Of a stretch of DNA of 64,000 nucleotides, positions 59,274 through 64,000 are shown piece by piece (the first letter of the stretch is position 1; each line of letters starts with the position of its first letter). Source of the DNA: Candidatus Nomurabacteria bacterium GW2011_GWD2_36_14 (GTDB lineage Bacteria; Patescibacteriota; Minisyncoccia; Phycocordibacterales; UBA9973). The notes under the pieces were generated by a model. That model had not been told where the DNA came from. It worked only from the letters and a program-made list of their open reading frames with translations, and ran no database searches. The DNA lies in contig LBRL01000001.1 in the NCBI GenBank assembly GCA_000991405.1, positions 456,466 through 520,465 of the forward strand, given 5' to 3'. Position numbers and translations under genes: made by a program.

Positions 59274-60245
59274 ATGAAAACTTCATTGAATAAAGAAAAA
59301 AAATATCAAAAAGAAATTCTAAAATTTAAGGGAGAAAAGTGGAATTTTATAAAGGAGCGTATGTTAACAAATAGTAAAATATATAAATCTATTGATGGTT
59401 TAAAGTACTTACATATTGGTAATAATAAGAATATTAAGAAAGAAGCTTTGTGTATAAAAAAAATAAAAAGATTAGGATTCCCTATTCCTGAATTACTTGA
59501 ATATGATAAAACAAAAAAACAGAGCTATTATATTGAAAAATCTGCTGGGGATAAATCTTTTGGAGATAAATTTTATAAAGAATACTTCTCGCAGTCAAAA
59601 ATAAATTCTAATACACTGGAATCCATGTGTGATGTAGTATGTCTTTTTTTGAGGTCACAAATTAGATCTTCTGATTATTTTAACTCAAAATATGACTTGA
59701 GAAAAAATATAATGCTAAAAAATATATTAGTGGAAAATCCTGATTTAAATCATATAAAAGTAGAATTATGTGTTTCAAAAATAGAAAATAGGTTATATTC
59801 ACTACCAACTACTTTTTCCCACGGAGATTTAACACCGCGTAATATATTTGAAAATGGAATTATAGATATTGAATTTAATTCAATTATGCCTGTCGGTTAT
59901 GACGTACTTACCCTACCGATAATGGAACGTTTTTGGGGCTTCAAAAAAAACAAAAATGAAACATATGAAAATTTTTATTTAAGCGAAAAACAAATCTCTC
60001 ATTATTTTAAAAGAATAGAAGCTGAAGCTAAAATAAATGGAATTAAAGATTTTTTAACTTTTAGAAATGACTTCATTTTGCTTAAGGCTATATGGTCACT
60101 TGCCAATGAAAAATATTCCGCAAAAAAATCTGGAGATACATCTAAATTAAATTTTCGTAAAAAAATTTTAATTTATTGTATAGACAAATATTTAAACAAT
60201 GAAATGATTGAAACAAAAAAATTTAAAACATTTATTACTATATAA
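59274..60245 (+). CDS. aminoglycoside phosphotransferase/choline-kinase-like small-molecule kinase (APH fold)
   Basis: Brenner motif HGDLTPRNIF, downstream DIEF. Confidence 0.6.
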   Translation: MKTSLNKEKKYQKEILKFKGEKWNFIKERMLTNSKIYKSIDGLKYLHIGNNKNIKKEALCIKKIKRLGFPIPELLEYDKTKKQSYYIEKSAGDKSFGDKFYKEYFSQSKINSNTLESMCDVVCLFLRSQIRSSDYFNSKYDLRKNIMLKNILVENPDLNHIKVELCVSKIENRLYSLPTTFSHGDLTPRNIFENGIIDIEFNSIMPVGYDVLTLPIMERFWGFKKNKNETYENFYLSEKQISHYFKRIEAEAKINGIKDFLTFRNDFILLKAIWSLANEKYSAKKSGDTSKLNFRKKILIYCIDKYLNNEMIETKKFKTFITI

Positions 60246-60354
60246 GTATTATTAGCCTAGCTAATATAATTATTTCTTTAATTAAGAGATAGTGCTATCA
60301 TGAAACTATTGTTAATTGGTAAAATATTATTAAGAAAAAATAAATAATCTCCAT

Positions 60355-61971
60355 ATGATTAAAATATCAAAAAAAATAAAAAACCTGTTTTATGACCCAG
60401 AAACAGATTCTATTGCTTCTTTATTGCGAGATATCAAAAAAACACATTTAAAATTACTAAAAAAAACTGATTTAGTAAAAGGAACATTAATAAAAAGCTC
60501 AATAAATGACAAAGACTTGATTGATAATTTTAAAATCCCGGAAAAAAGTCTAGATAGTAAATATATATCATCAACCATTTCTAATTTGTTTGATGGTGTT
60601 TCTAGATGGCATTTTCCTAATACAATGTATAATGCTGCCCCTCCCCCACTACTTCCAACTGTAATTACTAAAATGATCACTTCTTTATATAATCCCAATT
60701 TAGCACTCTATTCAGCATCTGGTAAAAGTCTTTTAACTGAACAAAAAGTAATAAAAGCAATCGCAGAATATGTTGGATGGAACCGAGAAAGTGCAGGGGG
60801 TGTCTTTACATGGGGAGGAAAAGCAACAACTATGTATGGAATTAAGTTTGGAATAAAAAATTGTTCTCCAAATTCTGCCGCACAAGGTATAAAAGAAGAT
60901 ATAATTGTATTGTCTACTAAAGTAGGGCATCCTTCTCATATATCTGATTCTGAGTGGCTAGGGATAGGCTCGTCAAATGTCGTCAGGTTGGGGGTAGATG
61001 AAAATTCTCAAGTTAATCTTAATGAAATGGAGGAAATAATTAGAAAAGCAGTAAAAGAAAAAAAGAAAATTGCCACTATTATTATTTCAGGAGGAACAAC
61101 AAACGATATGGTAGTTGATACCATTGATGATGTAGTTAATTTAAGAGATAAAATTACAAAAGAACTTGAATTAGAATATAAACCTCATATTCACGTAGAT
61201 ACAGTCGTAGCATTTCCCTGGATATTCTTTAAAGACTATGAATTTGAAAAAAATCCTCTAAATATAGAAAAAAGAGCATTAGCCAGAATTTCAAAAATAA
61301 AAACGAACCTAAAAAATCTTCATATGGCTGATTCTTTTGGTGTTGATTTTCATAAAATGGGTTTCTGTCCTTATATATCTAGTGTTTTTATGATAAAAGA
61401 TAAAATGGCTCTATCTAACGTTAAAAATGCTTATAACTGGCCATTCTTATATTCAATGGAAAATTCAAGACCAGCTGATGGCCCAAACTCTGCCTTTATG
61501 GCACTTAGTGTACTGGGGGTAGAGGGTTTCCAAATTTTAATAGGACATCTCACTGAGATTGCAGTACATTTACAAGATGAAATAAATGCAACAGAGGATT
61601 TTGAAGTTATAAATAAAACAGGGCTCGGTACTGCTGTTATGTTTATACCACGCATCCCTAAACACATAACAATTAGTACTCCAGAAGAAGAGGTAATTAT
61701 GCGTAATTCGTATACTATGGCTTTTATAGAAAAGCTGGCAGACTTAGGAAATCCTTTTTATATTGATAAAATACCGAGTGATTCAACTGGGGGAAATTCA
61801 TTCCCTTATACATCTTTAAAAGCATATATAATGTCACCTTATTCGAGCAAAAAATCAAATATTGAATTTGTATCATTTATGATTAAAATAAAAAAAGAAA
61901 TTGATCAAAATTTTAATTTCAAAGATAAATCATTTTATGTAGAAGAAGAACATCCCTTAAAAAACAACTAA
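60355..61971 (+). CDS. PLP-dependent amino-acid decarboxylase (group II, fold type I)
   Basis: SGGTTNDMV, DSFGVDFHKMGFCPY (PLP-Lys in HK), 538 aa. Confidence 0.65.
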   Translation: MIKISKKIKNLFYDPETDSIASLLRDIKKTHLKLLKKTDLVKGTLIKSSINDKDLIDNFKIPEKSLDSKYISSTISNLFDGVSRWHFPNTMYNAAPPPLLPTVITKMITSLYNPNLALYSASGKSLLTEQKVIKAIAEYVGWNRESAGGVFTWGGKATTMYGIKFGIKNCSPNSAAQGIKEDIIVLSTKVGHPSHISDSEWLGIGSSNVVRLGVDENSQVNLNEMEEIIRKAVKEKKKIATIIISGGTTNDMVVDTIDDVVNLRDKITKELELEYKPHIHVDTVVAFPWIFFKDYEFEKNPLNIEKRALARISKIKTNLKNLHMADSFGVDFHKMGFCPYISSVFMIKDKMALSNVKNAYNWPFLYSMENSRPADGPNSAFMALSVLGVEGFQILIGHLTEIAVHLQDEINATEDFEVINKTGLGTAVMFIPRIPKHITISTPEEEVIMRNSYTMAFIEKLADLGNPFYIDKIPSDSTGGNSFPYTSLKAYIMSPYSSKKSNIEFVSFMIKIKKEIDQNFNFKDKSFYVEEEHPLKNN

Positions 61972-62052
61972 AATATGTAGATATAATAAATGGGGCTACA
62001 GACATTGTCCATAGCCCCATTGAGTGATTCAATTAATTAATAAATAGGTAAA

Positions 62053-63165
62053 TTACATATACCCTCTATCTCCTTCGTTGAGTTTTGGGTAAAGACGTTG
62101 CATCCATTCATTAACGACAGCTTTGGGTAAAGAACTTTCTAACGAACGGAAAGTTAGTACAACAACTACATTTTTTTGGTGTGGCTGAATACCAAGGTTA
62201 ATCCTGGCTTTTTCTGGAAGTTGATCATAAGAAGTTTCAGAATATTCTATATTCTCTATAAACACAGAATCTGAGCCTAATTCATCCTTAATTTCTTCAC
62301 AAATATCTTCTTCGGTTTTTTCAACAGAAGCAGAATATGAAAGTACTCTCTTGGTAGCGGGCTGATTAGAAACAACAACAAATTTTTCAAGATTTGTCAT
62401 CTGGCCCTTTATCCTAATATCCTCTGACCTTAAAACACGAATATCATCAATCCCTTTTAGAATCATGACGAGCCGATCCAATCCCATACCAAGAGCAAGC
62501 CCAGAGTATTCTTCAGGATCAAGTCCAGCGTTTTTCAGAATAGTCGGGTGAACTTCTCCACATTCAAGAAGTTCTAGCCAATTACCATTCACAAAAATTT
62601 CAATTTCAAGCCCATTTATCGTATAGGGGTGTTCAACTTCATTCGCCCGATATTCATATCCTGGAATAACATTATCCAAAATAGTCTCAACAAAACGAAT
62701 TAAATCTGACCTATCGAAAAGTGGCAATCCTCGTTTGATTCGCCAAACATCCATTTGATGAGGTTCTCCGCAATGATTTTTATCTACGACATCACGACGA
62801 TAACACATCCCTGGAACTAATAATATTGTGTCAGTAATATTATTAGAAGATTTTTTGAGCCATCTTGGAATAGCACATGAGGTGTGAGTACGTAAAATAG
62901 TATCTTCTGTCACATACCTTGTATACCGAGAAGATCTACCTGCATTGTCCAAAGGGAAAAGAAGATCATCAAAATTTTCTTTCAATGAGACTTCAGGACC
63001 AGAACGAACCTCCTCAATAGTTGTTTCGGGGTAAGTTTTTTCAAAAGCCTGTTTTACATTATCAATAATGATATTGATAGCGTGAACCCCATTATCAGGG
63101 TCAGTAAGATCTAAAATTGCCAAAGACGATGCTAGTCGTTCTGGCGACATAATTTCTTGTTTCAT
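62053..63165 (-). CDS. PheRS alpha-like class II aaRS catalytic domain + FDX-ACB-like C-terminus, paralog 2
   Basis: NFDDLLFPLDNAGRS, LRTHTSCAIP, GMCYRRD, PHQMDVW, GLALGMGLDRLVMI; C-terminal VVVSNQPATKRVLSYSA. Confidence 0.6.
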   Translation of the reverse strand: MKQEIMSPERLASSLAILDLTDPDNGVHAINIIIDNVKQAFEKTYPETTIEEVRSGPEVSLKENFDDLLFPLDNAGRSSRYTRYVTEDTILRTHTSCAIPRWLKKSSNNITDTILLVPGMCYRRDVVDKNHCGEPHQMDVWRIKRGLPLFDRSDLIRFVETILDNVIPGYEYRANEVEHPYTINGLEIEIFVNGNWLELLECGEVHPTILKNAGLDPEEYSGLALGMGLDRLVMILKGIDDIRVLRSEDIRIKGQMTNLEKFVVVSNQPATKRVLSYSASVEKTEEDICEEIKDELGSDSVFIENIEYSETSYDQLPEKARINLGIQPHQKNVVVVLTFRSLESSLPKAVVNEWMQRLYPKLNEGDRGYM

Positions 63166-63542
63166 GATTATCCTCCTTTTACATTAGTGTTATGTTATTG
63201 TTTTTTCTTACTAAATTCAATAAAACCTATTACGTAATACCTATTATTTATTAATATTTAAAGAACAATTATCTATATGAGTTCTATAGAACTTAAAAAA
63301 ATAATACATCAAAACATGTTGTATGTCAAAACAGCCGTATAGGCTCAATGACTTGAACGCAACCTAAAAAATCTACTTCGGGAAAGCAAATTCTCAAATC
63401 TTTTGTAGAATATAAAATGTATTGGAGGGGAGAAAAAAGTAAATAAAACGAATTCGCTCTGAAAAACAAAACACCATTCCAACCGAAGTTAGAATGGCAT
63501 TATATCGCATGCATTATAAATGCAATGTGTATTAGAGAAAGA

Positions 63543-63902
63543 TTACTTCTTGTATCCATGATTACCATAGATTTGCGTAACCTTCTGGTTCAACTCATTA
63601 ATATATGAAATATTTAATTTTTCATTACTTATTTTTTCAAGCTTACATTGCCTGCCTCCATAAGTGAGTATAGCGGGAGATTTACTCCTATCAAGACTCC
63701 AATTCCTGTTATAGAGATTACCATTTTTTAATGCAGTACTTGTTCCATCAGAAGAAAAGTTTAAAATTTCTTCATTGGTTGAATCCCAGCGATTTAAATC
63801 TATATAAACAGAATCAAGGTCCCATATAACATTCAATATAGGCCATAAAAGAGAGTCTTTTTCAGTAGATACACTTACCACCTGGTCGGTGACACTAGCC
63901 AC
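63543..63902 (-). CDS. hypothetical protein
   Basis: 119-aa ORF; no family recognised. Confidence 0.3.
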   Translation of the reverse strand: MASVTDQVVSVSTEKDSLLWPILNVIWDLDSVYIDLNRWDSTNEEILNFSSDGTSTALKNGNLYNRNWSLDRSKSPAILTYGGRQCKLEKISNEKLNISYINELNQKVTQIYGNHGYKK

Positions 63903-64000
63903 GGAAAAAGAATTAGAGGATGGAGTTAAGATAACTCCATTAGCTAGGATATTACTTAATACATACCCATCTTTCAGGATATAAGTAAAAGTAACCTTTT

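Overview
This is a low-GC, standard-code bacterial window whose gene content looks like a CPR/Patescibacteria-type genome (inference from sequence alone). The pointers to that lineage are: no L30 gene between rpsE and rplO, an archaeal-type UMP kinase, an N-terminally extended S5, and a large InlB-B-repeat/Fn3 surface protein. Core content, in order along the window: eno (partial), two divergent type-II tRNAs, mscL, an orphan two-component pair, recG, a tRNA with a UAU anticodon, ftsH, and smpB followed by tmRNA (ssrA) with an unusually long 3' hairpin. Downstream of ssrA sits a ~430-nt structured GC-rich repeat region, then an AT-rich block of hypothetical ORFs, then a CsoR-controlled copper locus. 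That locus is csoR-DUF305-copA plus an operon of unusual Cys-motif membrane and secreted proteins, with two operator palindromes embedded in consensus promoters. Next, a ~7-kb segment is bounded by two 70-nt palindromic direct repeats. It carries an IS200-like Y1 transposase flanked by REP palindromes (a REPtron), a T4SS-coupling-protein-like ATPase, and HD, CYTH and NUDIX proteins plus a long adenylate-kinase paralog. After that comes a long tuf-S10-spc ribosomal protein cluster on the minus strand. It is interrupted by two insertions, restarted by two copies of one consensus promoter module, and has no rpmC and no rpmD. The last ~9 kb is the most novel-looking part: a divergently organised cluster of GTP cyclohydrolase II-like, Gfo/Idh/MocA oxidoreductase, APH-like kinase, PLP decarboxylase and class-IV aminotransferase genes. 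It is bracketed by two paralogous monomeric (mitochondrial-type) PheRS-alpha-like genes with no pheT nearby, which suggests an undescribed aminoacyl-tRNA-synthetase-like small-molecule pathway. Two divergent paralogs of a ~570-aa Cys-rich protein family of unknown function are also present.
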